Source: an uncultured Chloroflexia bacterium (GTDB lineage: Bacteria > Chloroflexota > Anaerolineae > CG2-30-64-16). From it: a stretch of 64,000 bases of DNA. Below the pieces are notes generated by a model. That model was not told the origin of the DNA. It ran no database searches and worked only from the letters and a program-made list of their open reading frames with translations. The translations under genes and the position numbers were made by a program. Shown here in pieces: positions 52,306 through 63,644 of this stretch. Position 1 is the stretch's first letter; each line of letters opens with the position of its first letter. The DNA is taken from positions 301,844-365,843 of the forward strand of contig CAWEMM010000011.1 of NCBI GenBank assembly GCA_963810095.1. The letters are read 5' to 3'.

Positions 52306-53454
52306 CTAAGAACCTCCGAGGATAACCGGCAAATAGACCGGCAGGAGCGGGAGCGGTGCGTTACCGAAAGACACCTCGCCGACGCGCTGCGGGCCACTGG
52401 ATGGGAAGCTCAAGCTAACCAGGGCCGGCGAGGTATTCCGATAGCCGCCGAGGGGGAACTGCTTTACCAGGTACTCTGCATCCAGCCGCAGTCCCTCGAC
52501 CCGGTAGCGCCCGTCGGCCCCTGTGACCACCGTCTTCGACGGCTCGGAGTCCACCCCCGCGACCAGCACGGTTGCCCCCGCCAAGCCGGGCTCGCCGGGG
52601 TCATGTACCCCATCCCCGTCCCCGTCGAGATAGACCATGCCCCAGATCACTGCGGTGGTGGGCAGCAGCGTACCCGTCGGCGTGGCCGAGGGTGTGAGCG
52701 TGGCAGTCGGAGTGTGACTGGGCGTCGCCGTGGACGTTGGCGTGGACGTGTCAGTCGCCGTCGGCGACCATGTAGCCGTTGGCGTGGAACTAGCCGTCGG
52801 CGACGCCGTGGCGCTGGGCGTAAAGGTGGGGGTAAAGGTCGCGGTCGGGGGAGCCGGCACGCTGATCGAGCCACTCTGCATATCGAGGGGGATCGTGATG
52901 CCGTTGCGGTCGGCGGCCTTGGCGTAGGTCATGGTGATCGGCGACGTGCCTGCCGCAATGCCCCGAAAGGTGATGGCCGCAATGGCGCCCGAGCCGCTGA
53001 CGGGGGAAGTCGGATTAACCTGGGTCAGCGCGTACCAGATAAAGCCGGCCTTGCTACAGTCAGGGTTGGCCGGCTCTACCGTGTTGCACGCGACGCGCTT
53101 GATGACGAAGTCGGGCGACAGGAAGCTGTACAGCGGCTCGATCTGCGTGCCGGGGCTGTAACTGTCCGCGTCCACCACCTGCACGACCGCCGGGTCGAAC
53201 TCCAGCCGGATGTCGGCGCCGTACAGATTGACGACATCCTGGATGTACATGTTCACGACGGCGGTCTGCCCGACCTGAACGGTCGCGTTGACCGGGTCGG
53301 TGCGCGCAAGGGCCGTGAGCGCAGGCCGTGCGGCGAGCCCGGCCGCGGTCGGGCTCGCAAGGAGCAGCAGTGCGAGGACGGGCCCAAGGAGCGTGAGCAT
53401 CGCGCCGAGAGGCCGCGGGAAGGGATTGCCCCGCCGGCGCAATGCACTCGTCAT
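52306..53454 (-). CDS. cohesin protein C: cohesin, PT linker, SdrD-B-like domain, C-terminal YLPVI motif
   Basis: LYGADIRLEFDPAVVQVVD...PGTQI; (PT)n; GMVYLDGDGDGVHDPGEPGLAG...TGADGRY; ends VYLPVILGGS. Confidence 0.85.
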   Translation of the reverse strand: MTSALRRRGNPFPRPLGAMLTLLGPVLALLLLASPTAAGLAARPALTALARTDPVNATVQVGQTAVVNMYIQDVVNLYGADIRLEFDPAVVQVVDADSYSPGTQIEPLYSFLSPDFVIKRVACNTVEPANPDCSKAGFIWYALTQVNPTSPVSGSGAIAAITFRGIAAGTSPITMTYAKAADRNGITIPLDMQSGSISVPAPPTATFTPTFTPSATASPTASSTPTATWSPTATDTSTPTSTATPSHTPTATLTPSATPTGTLLPTTAVIWGMVYLDGDGDGVHDPGEPGLAGATVLVAGVDSEPSKTVVTGADGRYRVEGLRLDAEYLVKQFPLGGYRNTSPALVSLSFPSSGPQRVGEVSFGNAPLPLLPVYLPVILGGS

Positions 53455-54482
53455 TTACCGCGCCTCAGCACCACCACGGCCGCGATGCCCGCAGCTGCGA
53501 GGAGGAGCAGGCCGCCGCCGGCGAGAAACAGGCTGTTGCCGCGGCCTTCCTGGGTCGCGGCCTCGACGCGCGTCGGCGCGGCGGGCGTCGGGGGAATAAT
53601 CGCCCCGGCCGCTGCCGCAGTCGCCTGTCCCGTTGCAGCTACGGCCGTCGCACCAGCCGGCGAGGTCGCCGCTCGGTGCTGTGCGGCAGGCTCGACCGGC
53701 TGTGCCGTTGCGGCCGGGGCATCGCCCGCGCCAGCTTGCGCCGTGGGCCCTCCTGCGGGGGTCGAAACCTCAGCCGGGGCCAGCGTGGCGGACGGCGCGG
53801 CGGTCGCAGCCTCGGCCGCGGGCGTCGTGCCGGGCGCGGTCGTGGGCGGCACGGCGGTGGCAGGCGCCTGCGTCACCTTCGGGGTTGCAGTGGCCGCCGG
53901 CAGCGCGCCCGGCGTAATCTCCAGCTTTGGCGCGGGCGCGGTGGGCAGGACCGTTGGATTGGCGGGCAACGCGGCGCTGCCGGCCGTCACCTGCACCGAG
54001 CCGTTGCTCGACGTGGCCGGAATCGCCATGCCGTCGCGGCTTGCCAGCGTGAGACCGGTGATCTCGACCGCGGCCGTGCCCGCGGCCTTGCCCTTCACAT
54101 AGAGCGAGGCGAGCGTACCCGTGCCACTTTTCGCCTCGGCCGGGTTGAGCTGGCTGACGACGAGCTGTGCCGTCCCCGCCGCATTATCCGCGGTGTTGAC
54201 CGGCGAGAGGTCATAGGAAAGGAAGTCGCCGGGCAGCCACTGCACCCCGGGCATGTTGGGATCCGCGTCTTCTATCTGGATCACCGTGGGGTCGAACTTG
54301 ATCTTGACGTCGAAACCGTAAAGGCCCTCGACATTCGCAACCTTTACGGCGAGCGGGATGACCTGGCCGGTTGGGATCTGCAGCGGTGTGGGCGCCAGCG
54401 AGACGGTGGCGCCGGCGGCAGCGGCGGAAACGGGAAGCAGCAGGCAAAGGCCGGCCAGGAGCATGAGTTTGGCAAATTTCAT
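53451..54482 (-). CDS. cohesin protein D: cohesin, long Ala/Pro/Thr stalk, C-terminal transmembrane anchor
   Basis: LYGFDVKIKFDPTVIQIED...PGVQW...NTADNAAG...SGTGTLA; tail LFLAGGGLLLLAAAGIAAVVVLRRGK. Alternative GTG start at 54497. Confidence 0.85.
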   Translation of the reverse strand: MKFAKLMLLAGLCLLLPVSAAAAGATVSLAPTPLQIPTGQVIPLAVKVANVEGLYGFDVKIKFDPTVIQIEDADPNMPGVQWLPGDFLSYDLSPVNTADNAAGTAQLVVSQLNPAEAKSGTGTLASLYVKGKAAGTAAVEITGLTLASRDGMAIPATSSNGSVQVTAGSAALPANPTVLPTAPAPKLEITPGALPAATATPKVTQAPATAVPPTTAPGTTPAAEAATAAPSATLAPAEVSTPAGGPTAQAGAGDAPAATAQPVEPAAQHRAATSPAGATAVAATGQATAAAAGAIIPPTPAAPTRVEAATQEGRGNSLFLAGGGLLLLAAAGIAAVVVLRRGK

Positions 54483-54513
54483 AACAAAATTATCCACATT
54501 TGTTCAATTTAGG

Positions 54514-55421
54514 TCAAGAACCCCGGACCAGGTCGAAGTCCCACGCGCCCGTCCGGTTCGAGCCGGCACTGGTGAAGCCGTCGGAGCAAGCCGACTTGAC
54601 GACGTAGAAGTACTTGGCCGCGGTGCTGCCCAGCGCGTTGGGGTCTTCGTAGCTGAGGCCCGACGTGAAGCCGAAAGCGGGCTCGGCCGGGGTGAAGTAG
54701 GGCGCCACCGCCCGGAAAATGCGATAGGTGGCCGCATCGGTCGCGGCGTTCCAGCTGAGCCGCGGCTGGCGGTCGTGTTCGGCTTGCCAATGGCGACGGG
54801 GACCGGCGGGGCGAGCGGCGTCGCGGCCAGGTCGCTGTCACTTTCCGTGTTCGGGATCGTGACACCGTTGCGGTCCGAGATCTTCGAATAGTAGATGTCG
54901 AGCGGCGACAGGCCCGCGCCAATTGCGCGGAGCGTGATGCGCGGCAATGGCGCCCGACCCCGACTTTTCCGGAGTTGGGTTCACCTGCGTGAACGTGTAC
55001 CAGATCGTGCCCACTTCGGCCGGCTCGTCGCAGAGCGGATCGGCCGTGTCCAGCGCATTGCAGGCCACCTGGCGGATCAGGAAATCGGGGAGCATGAAGT
55101 CGTACAGCGGCTGGATCTGCGTGCCGGGCGAATACGTGTTCGTGTCGACCACGAGGACCTTCGCCGGGTCGAAACGGATGCGGACGTCGGCGCCGTAGGC
55201 GTTGACCACGTTGTTGAGCCGGATGTCGACGGTGGTCAGCCCGCAGCCCGAACGCTGGGGGAGGAGCGCTGCAGGTCGACGTTCGCGGTCAGGGCCGGGG
55301 CCGTGACCGTTTCGGGATCGACGCCCTGGGCGCCGGCCGCGGCCGCGGGCAGCAGGAGCAAGGCCAGGGCGATGAGCCAGCGCAGGGCCGGGGCGCGGCG
55401 GAGTGAGGGCCGGTGGGACAC
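54514..55421 (-). CDS. cohesin protein E: cohesin plus Fn3-like C-terminal domain (about three frameshifts)
   Basis: Signal peptide (55236..55421); AYGADVRIRFDPAKVLVVD...PGTQIQP...TQVNP...SGSGAIA; tail PYFTP...YFYVVKS...SNRTGAWDFDLVRGS. Confidence 0.8.
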
Positions 55422-55576
55422 GAGCGCCTCCTTTGGGAATCAGAAAGTTGCAGGCGGGACGAGAGTCCTGGGTGGTGCCGGTCAAGCGCTTACGAACGCC
55501 CGAGCAGCAACACCCAGTTTAACCCTCGTCCCGCGAGTCACCTAATCAAAGCCAGCCGGATGACGGCTGCTCCGGT

Positions 55577-58500
55577 TCAGGGCGTCCAGGGGGAAGCCAC
55601 AATGCCGAAGTTGCCGCCCATCAGGGTCAGGTCGAGGATGTCGACCTTGCCGTCGCCGTTCACGTCGGGCGAGCCCAGCCCGCCACAGGTGCTCACCACC
55701 GGCGCCACGCCGTACGCACCACCAATGCACGACGCGTCGCCCACCTCGATTGATTCGCTGTTGTTCGCATCGCCGCCCTTAAGCACGAGCTGAGCAAGCG
55801 AGGTCAACGCGGCCGTCGCAGAGCTGCTTGTTCGGCGCTGGCGAGGCCAGCGTCTTGACATAGAGCGGCTTGTCGACCGCGAAGTAGTAGGTCTGACCGA
55901 CGACCAGCATCGCGCCGCTCGGCGTCGTGTACGCGCCGCCCTTGGCACTCGATGCGCTGGCAAGCGCCGGCGCAACCAGCCCGCCAGTGCTGTAGACGTT
56001 CAGCACCGCGCCCGAGTCGTCCGCCCGGCCCTGCACGTCGATGAAGCCGGTGTAGCCGGCGATCGGCGTGATGGTGATCGTGCCGTCGACTGTGCCCGTG
56101 ATGTCGCGGGCGTTTGCGACGTCGGCGAGCTTCACGTTGTTCAGGTACACCTGAGCGCCGTTCTGGGTGCCCGCAACGGTCGTTGCGGAGTCGACATCAA
56201 AGGTCGTGGTCCACGACCCAGCCAGGCTCAGCCCCGTGCCGGTTGGCGTGAAGTTCAGGACGGCGACGGCTGCGGTCGGCGCCGTCGTCAACGGCCCCAG
56301 CAGGTTACAACTGTAGCCGATCTGGCCGGCAGGCAAGCCGGGCAGCACCGAGCACTTGCCCGTGAAGGGAGCCGGGAAAGTAGCGCTGTTGTACGTCAGT
56401 TTCGCCGTGTCGTAGACGACCTTGAAGGTCACGCCGTAGACGTTGACGGTGTCGGCGCGGACTTCCACGTCGAACGGCTGCCACGCAGGCACCGTTTGGA
56501 TCAGCGTTCGCGTGTCTCTGGTCGCCAGCCGTCGTAGGATCGGAGTCGAGGTACACCTCGGCAAACGTGCAGTTGCCTGTGTCGACGTTGGTGAAGGTCG
56601 GGCAGGTCTTCGTCGCAAACGAGTTCCACTGCGCGGGCAGCTTGGAGGCCCACTCCGGCGGCTGCAGCGGCTGCGCCACGCTCTTGATCGCCTCGGGGCC
56701 GGTGACCTTGAACAGGTTGCCTTCCACCGTGGCGACGCCCTCCACAGCGCCGTCCACCTGGACGCCCGATTCGGTCAGGTTGTGGAAGTAGTTGTTCACC
56801 ACCTTCAGCGACTTGACCGCGCCGGCGACCTTCACGCCGTCCTTCCAGTTCTTGACCTCGACGTTTAGCAGCGCAAAGTTGTCGGCGCCGGCCTCTACTT
56901 CCACCGCAGCGGTGCCGTCCGTATTGCCGGTGCCATCGAGCACGCCGTTCTGCAGCGTATCGTCGTCGCCAACGATGGTGTATGCCGGCGTGCCGTGCCC
57001 CACCGTCTGTCCGCCAAGGTCGATCGTGATGTTGTTCGCCGTCACGACCACGCCGCCGGGGTAGGCAGTAGTGCTGGTCGGGTAGGTGATCTTCGTGCCC
57101 GGGGCTGCGCAGTTCAGCACCAAGCCCTGAGTGTCCGCGCTGTCGCCAGGGTTAATGCTGGTCGGGATCGACGTCAGGATGATCGACCCGGCCGCATCGC
57201 CCCACCACGGGGTGAAGTCAACGTTGCCGCTCACCTGCGACGACGGGTTGCAGGGCGAGCCCCACCAGTTGTTCTTCGCATCGACGGTCGCGCCGGTGTT
57301 CGTGTTGTTCAGGGCCTTCGTCGGATTGCCGCCCAACTTGCTCCCGTTGACCTTCGCGGTCGCATCAGCACCTTCGACAAGGATGCCGGTGGCATCGGTA
57401 TCGATGGTCGAGTTCTGGATGTTGGCGTATACCGTCGCACCACTGGTGTTGCTCGGGTTGTCCTTGACATACACACCCGCGATCTTGGAAGTCAAGATCG
57501 TGACGCCGTCGACCTTTATCGCGGTGGAGCCGCCGTTGCTGCCCGTGCTCATCGGGTAGCCGTCAAAGTTGTTGACCCAGACGCCGTAATCGCCGCCAGT
57601 GACCGTGCCGCCGGTGATGGCAATCTCAGCGGTGGTCGTGTCATTCCAGGCGTTGTACCCGACCGTTTCCTGGGTCACATCTGTAGCGGTGATCGTGTTG
57701 TTCTCCACGATCGCATCGACAGCGCCGCCCAGCGAGAACAGGGCAATGCCGTCCCACCTCGAGTAAGCGGTGGCAGCCTCATCAGCAACCGAGAGGACGT
57801 TGTCCTTGATCGTCAGAGCGCTTGCGTCGCCGTAGTGCAGATTGTGGAAAATGCCCTTACGGGTAGACTGAATTGAATTCCGGCTGATACTGCCGGTCGT
57901 CCCGGGGTTTGCCCGGTAGAAATTGCCCGTCTGGACGCCAACACGCACATTGGTCATCACGTTGTCGGTGACGTCCGCGTAGAAGTTGTCGTAGATGATC
58001 ACACCGATGCCGTAGCCATACGGGATGTGTCCGAGATTGTCGAACTTGTTGTATTGGATGTAGTTGTTCGACGTGGCGGCAGTATTCACGTAGTTGTCGA
58101 AGTCAACCGCAGAGTAGGCAGTGTTCTTGAAGATGTTGTTGGCGACTGTGATGTTACCGACACCCTCATTGCTCACCAACGCCTCGCAGGCGTCCACATC
58201 GACACCGTTCACCAGCTTGCCGCTTGTCAGAGCCGGGTTATTGCCATCGAAGGTCAAGCCCTTCAGCGTAACGTTGCCGACCTTGACATACATGATCGTC
58301 GTTGTCGTGGAGCCGTACGGATCAGGGTTGCTGGTTGCGGGCTGGAGCACTGCTTCGGCAACCCGCGTCCCTGTGTTGGGGTTCACGGTATCGTTCGGGC
58401 CGAGAATCGTCAGCGACTTGTTGACAGTGATGTCCTCGACGTAGGTCCCGGCGGCCACGTGAATCGTGCCGCCCGCCGCAGCGGTGCTGACGGCCTTCTG

Positions 58501-59406
58501 AATCGTCTTGAACGGAGACGCGACCGTCCCGACGTTCGCGTCGTCGCCTGTCGTGGCATCGACATAGCAGTCCGTGGTGCAGGGGCTCTGGACTTCATAG
58601 TGGATGTCGTCGAAATAGAAACCCATGAGGGCGGCATTGCCGTCCGAGCCGGCGGTGAACTTCAGACGGCTGTGGTCGGCATAGGCCCCACTGTTCGCGT
58701 GGCGCCACTCGTTCAGCGCAGCGTTGTAGACAACCGGGGCCCCGTCGTCCAGCGAGACGGACACCCGATCGACAAACCCGCTCTTGGTCAGCGCGTGAAG
58801 GCGAGCTTGTGCCATTCGGTGGTGGTGACCCCGGTGAACAGGTCGATCCTGTCAAAAGCGGCGCCGTTTGTGATGCCGTAGATATTGACGCCGCCGCTGC
58901 TGGTGTTCTCCAGATAGGCGAGGTAGTTGCCGCGATCCATTCCATCGGCCGTCCCGGTCGTGATCTTAATCGTCTGCCCGTCCGGCGTGTCGCTGGCGGC
59001 CTTGAACCAGAGCGATGCCACGAAGCGTTCGCCGTCTGCGCTGACGCCATTGCCGTCGCCATTCTCGACAATCGGGCCGTAGGGCGTACCCTGGCCCGGG
59101 CTGCCGTAGCCGCGAGCATAGAGCCATGCCTGCGAGCCGCCGTGAACGGGGCTGGAGACGATCCTCGTCACCAAGATCATTGTTGGTAAAGTCCGGCTGT
59201 GCGCCGCCGGACCAGCCGCCCTATGTAGGGCCGCCGGCGGGGCTTATTGGCCCGAGCACGAACCCTTCCGAGGTCTCGAAACCTGTCGAATACGAAGGCC
59301 CGCTCGCGAACGCCGCCGGCGCGAGGGCCAAGAGCAGCGCGCCCAGAAGCACGCTGACGACGAGGAAGGCCGCGGCCTTCCGGTGGAGGGTGGATGATTG
59401 GGACAT
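55577..59406 (-). CDS. large secreted right-handed beta-helix protein with C-terminal cohesin, X and dockerin modules (several frameshifts)
   Basis: Signal peptide at 59406; YVDATTGDDANVGTVASPFKTIQKAV...GTYVE beta-helix cap; cohesin VYGVTFKVVYD; dockerin GDANNSESIEVGD...DVNGDGKVDILD. Confidence 0.82.
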
Positions 59407-59498
59407 ACCGATTTCGCTCCACAACACTGTGCCGGCGGGATGATTTTGGCCGGCCGCGCGCCCGGTGCGCGCGGCCGGCCTGGGTGCTACTTCCGGAC

Positions 59499-62400
59499 CT
59501 ACTCGGTCCAGTCGGATGCGGTCTTGCTGTAGTTGCCGCCCATGAGCGTCAGGTCGAGGATGTCGACCTTGCCGTCGCCGGTCACATCGGAGCAGGCCCC
59601 GCCGGCCGTGCACACGATGCCGGTATTCCCATAAGCGCCGCCGATGAGCGTCGCATCCGGGTTGTCGATGATATTGTCGTTGGTCGCGTCGCCGCCCAGC
59701 AGCACCACGTTGTTGAGCGATGTGGTAGGCCGGTACTCTAGCTTCTTGAAGTCGCCCAGCTCGTCGCGGTCGTCGCCGTGGTGGGCAGGTACAGGTCGCG
59801 GTCAACCTGGAAGTAGTAAGTCGAGTTCATCACGAGCTGCGGCCCCGTGGTATACGCGCCGCTGCTGGCGCTGGTGGCGCTGGCCTTGAGCGTCGCGCCG
59901 CTGATAAGGGCCTGATTGTACACACGAACCGCGGCGCCGCTGTCGTTCGTGCGGCCCTGCAGGTCCACGTAGCCCGCAAAGGCTGCGAGACCATCGATGA
60001 CGATCGTACCGTCGTGGTCGTCGGTGATGTCCTTGTCGGGGGACGAGGGAGCGCCGTAGCCCGCGTTGTTCACCCACGCCTTGATGCCGTCGCGCGCAGC
60101 CGACGCAAGGCCGGAGTCGTGCTTGAGGTCAAGGTAGGTCGTCCAGGGCGAGAGGTTGATATGGCTAGCGTCGGGCACGACCTTGAACGTAATGGCATTG
60201 ACGACCGCAGCCGTCGCGTTCACGTCGAGCGCCGGGCTCAGCAGCGAGCAGTAGGAGGTGATCACGCCTGCCGTGCCGTGTTGACCGTACAGGCGCCGAA
60301 GGCGCCGTTGGCGATACCCTGGAACTGCAACAGGGTCGGGTCGTAGGTCAGCTTGTATTGCACCGCGTAAAGACCCGCCACATCGGCCAGCACATTGACG
60401 CTGAAGGTCTGGCCCTCGACGACGCTCATCGGCGTGATCGCCGCGTCGGTGAAGACTTCGACGAAGGTGAAGGGTGTCGCGTCGACGTTGCCGCTCGTGC
60501 CGTCGCCGGCCGGCGCGGCCGAGCCCGCGATGCTGCCCCACGAGTTGTACTCCGCGGGGATCGTGCCGGTGCTCTCGTTCCAGATGCCCCAGGCAGTGTT
60601 GAACTTGAACAGGTTGCCGTTGATCGTCACGACGCCGCTCAGCGCGGTGGCGCTGCCGAAGTGGAAGCCGTCGTGATTGTCGTGCAGCCAGTTGTTCACC
60701 AGCTTGAGCGAGGCGTGCGTGCCGTCGACCAGAACGCCCGCGAGGCCCCAGTTCTTGATCTCCACGCCGTCGAGCGTGAAGTTGTCCGCGCCCGAGTTGA
60801 CTTCGATCGCGTTGTTGGTCGTGGCGCCGCCGTCAAGGACGCCGGGGCCCGTGACCGTCACGTCGTCCGCGTTGATGGTGAAGGCCGGCGAGCCATGGCC
60901 GATCGTCGCGCCGTCCAAGTTGATCGTCGCGCCGTTCGCGTTGACCACGATGCCGCCCGGATGCGTGCCGGCGGCCACGTTGTACGTGCCCGCGCCGGCG
61001 ATGATGATCTTGCCGCCGGGCGCGACGCGGCCACATGCGCTGATGAGTGTCGGTGAACGGGTCGAGCTGGCCGCCCGTGCCACCCGGCGCCGCGCCGGCT
61101 TCACGTAGACGATTGAGCAGCATCGCCGGAGACAACCGCTGATCCTCGATGACCGCATTGTTGTTCGCCGCGCTCATGGCAGCGATGTCGGTGTAGCAGA
61201 CGGGCCGACAAGTGCGAGGATCGCAATGTCGACCACGTTGCCCGAGCCCCATGTGTTGCCAGTGAACGTCAGGTTGCCCTGCTCGATCACCCAGCCCTGC
61301 GTCGCCGTAAACGAGGTTGTTCTTGACTGTCGCCCAGGATCACGCCGCTGATGTACGCAGGCTGGCGCAGCGCGTAGATCGTGTTGCCTTCGATCAGCGT
61401 GCCGCTGAAACCGCCCGACGTGACAAATCGCGGCGGGTTACGGGGTCACTGCTGGTCGCATACTGCACCGTGGATCGTGTTGTTCTTGATGGTGGCGTTG
61501 TTCGCCTGAATCCAGATGAGATCCTGGCTGCCGGATTCGGTCTTCTCGATGTCGAAGCCCTGAATGGTCACGCCGTTGGCGAAGATGTGGAAAAGATTGT
61601 CCCCGGCGAACGGAACCTTGATAAAGGTGTTCGCGCGCCTGCGCCAAGCAGCGTCACGGCCTTGTTGAACTACGGTCTTTGCGGGTTCGGTGTACGTCCC
61701 GGCCGACCACGTTGACCGTGCCGCCGGGCTTGACCAGACTGACGCCTTCCTGCGATGCGGCCTGCCGTGCCGGCCTGGGCGCCCGCGCCGTCACGTACAG
61801 CGAGGAGAAGTCGCCCTGGAAGCCGTTGGTCCCGCGGCCGGCGGTCGTCTCGACGTTCGTGTCGGTGCCGTGCCGAGGTAGGGGCGTGAAGTCGAAGTTG
61901 GCCGAGGCGGCGCCGAGGATGTCGGGCTCGGCCGCCGGGCGGAACGGCCGTGCCGCCGAACGCGACAGGGATCTGCGCCGCGTAGCCGGGCTCGGCGCTG
62001 TTGGCGGTCGAGACGACGGGCGTGGTCGGTGCCGAACCAGTTGCCGCTGAAGTTCTTGAGGTTGGTCGCCGGGCGCGGGCAGCGAGCCGCCGGTCTGGCG
62101 GTCGACGATCTGGCCGTACCAGTTGCCGCTGATGTCGTTGTTGCTGAAGGTGCAGTTCAGCGCGGTCTGCACCGGGGCTGTTCGTGCCGCCGCTGGCATC
62201 GAGGAAGAGGACGCCGACGGTCCAGTTGTTGGTGATCTCGTTCTCGACGACGTCAGGTTGTCGGTCTGGTTGCGGAAGATCAGGCCGGTGCGGTTGACGT
62301 CGATGACGTTGTTGCGGATCGTGTGGCCGTTGCAGTTGTTGATGTCGATGCCGGTGCGGTTGCCGGTGATGATGTTGTCGCGGATCAGCGTTGCCCGTGA

Positions 62401-63505
62401 AGGCCTGGCCCTGAATCGGCGATCCCGGCGCTGTTCAGGCACCGGGTTGTTCCAGTCGGTCGTGTTGTTGCCGGCGCGGCGTGATCGTGAAGCCGGCGAC
62501 GGTCACGATTGCTGGCGCCGCAACTGCAGCGTTGTGCCGGCGCCGCCGATCGGGCCGCTGATGCGTGGTGGTCGCCGCGCCCGCGCCGAGCAGGCTCAGC
62601 TGCTTGTTGACGTTCACGTCCTCGTCGTACGTGCCGGCCGCGACGTTGACGGTTGCCGGCGCAACCGCATTGACGCCGTCCTGGATCTTGGCGAAGGCGT
62701 TGAAGCCGAAGAACGCGCCCGGGCAACTTCGCTGCCCGTCGTCTTGCCGGCCCAGTCGTCGTCAACCCAGACGTCGGTTGCCTGGTCCTCGAGGTCGATG
62801 TTCAGCACCTCGCCGCCAGTCAGCGTGAACGTGATGCCGTCGAGGAAGCCGTCGAATGACGCTCCAGCCCGAGCCCGTCTGGAAGCTGATGTACTTGACG
62901 GTGTCGCCGCCGTAGTCGATCGGCGTGCCGCAACCGGTGACGGGCAGTCACGAGCCGAAGTGATGGACCAGTCTGAATCGACCCCGCAGTATAGCGGCCA
63001 CGGGGGCGAGCCTAGAGCTCGCCGCCGTAATCGTGGTCGTACCAGGTCAACTGGTTCTCCGGCCGCCGTGGTGGTCCAGGTGTTCCACTGTTAGCTCACC
63101 GGAGCCCAGTTGAAAGACGTAGAGGCTCGGCGGTCAGCCGATGGCAGTACCAGGCTCGGTGCAGTCGGTGCCGGGGACGTATAGACGACGCGCTGAAGTC
63201 GACATCGCTCGGTCGTGCCGCGTGTATGGTGTGGTACACGATGTCTGGATGTCCGGCCACCGTGATCGAGTGGCCCAGGTAGGGCGCCGGATCGAAGTGC
63301 AACTCCATCTTGTCGCTGCGGAGACGTTTCGCGCCAAGAGCCGGCGCCAACGTAGTGGGCGCTGGAGCTGGCGGTCGTGCCGGCGAGTGGCGCCGTGGCC
63401 GCCAAAGGTCACGTTGACCGGGCCCGCCGCGCTCGCGGCCAGCGGCACTGCCAGCAGCAGCAGGCAGAATGCCAGGACGATGACTCGTCGCAACGAGTGG
63501 GACAT
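59499..63505 (-). CDS. large secreted multi-beta-helix protein with C-terminal cohesin, X and dockerin modules (heavily frameshifted)
   Basis: ggagga RBS and signal peptide at 63505; parallel beta-helix fragments (DNIITGNRTGIDINNC); cohesin LYAVQYKLTYDP; dockerin GDATNDNIIDNPD...DVTGDGKVDILD. Confidence 0.75.
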
Positions 63506-63644
63506 AGAGTGTTCCTCCTAAACTAGTGGGTGGTTTGGTGGTGACAATGCGCCTGTGATTCAGTTCCCCAGTCTCAGACGGTCACGCCTCCTTCCATCAG
63601 ACTGCCGGCCCTCACTTAACGCCGATGAGGGCGCTTGCTCTTAT

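Noticed and set aside
1463-63505. Numerous frameshifts read as pseudogenes, programmed frameshifting or phase variation
   Set aside because: They hit unrelated housekeeping genes (fni, panC, panE, mutY, mobA, ctaB), show no common slippery motif, and cluster where repeats would degrade a long-read consensus. Sequencing error is the simplest explanation; read-level polishing would confirm.
43107-63505. Classical cellulosome
   Set aside because: No multi-cohesin scaffoldin, CBM3 or recognisable glycoside hydrolase is present. Polysaccharide-lyase activity of the beta-helices cannot be asserted from sequence.
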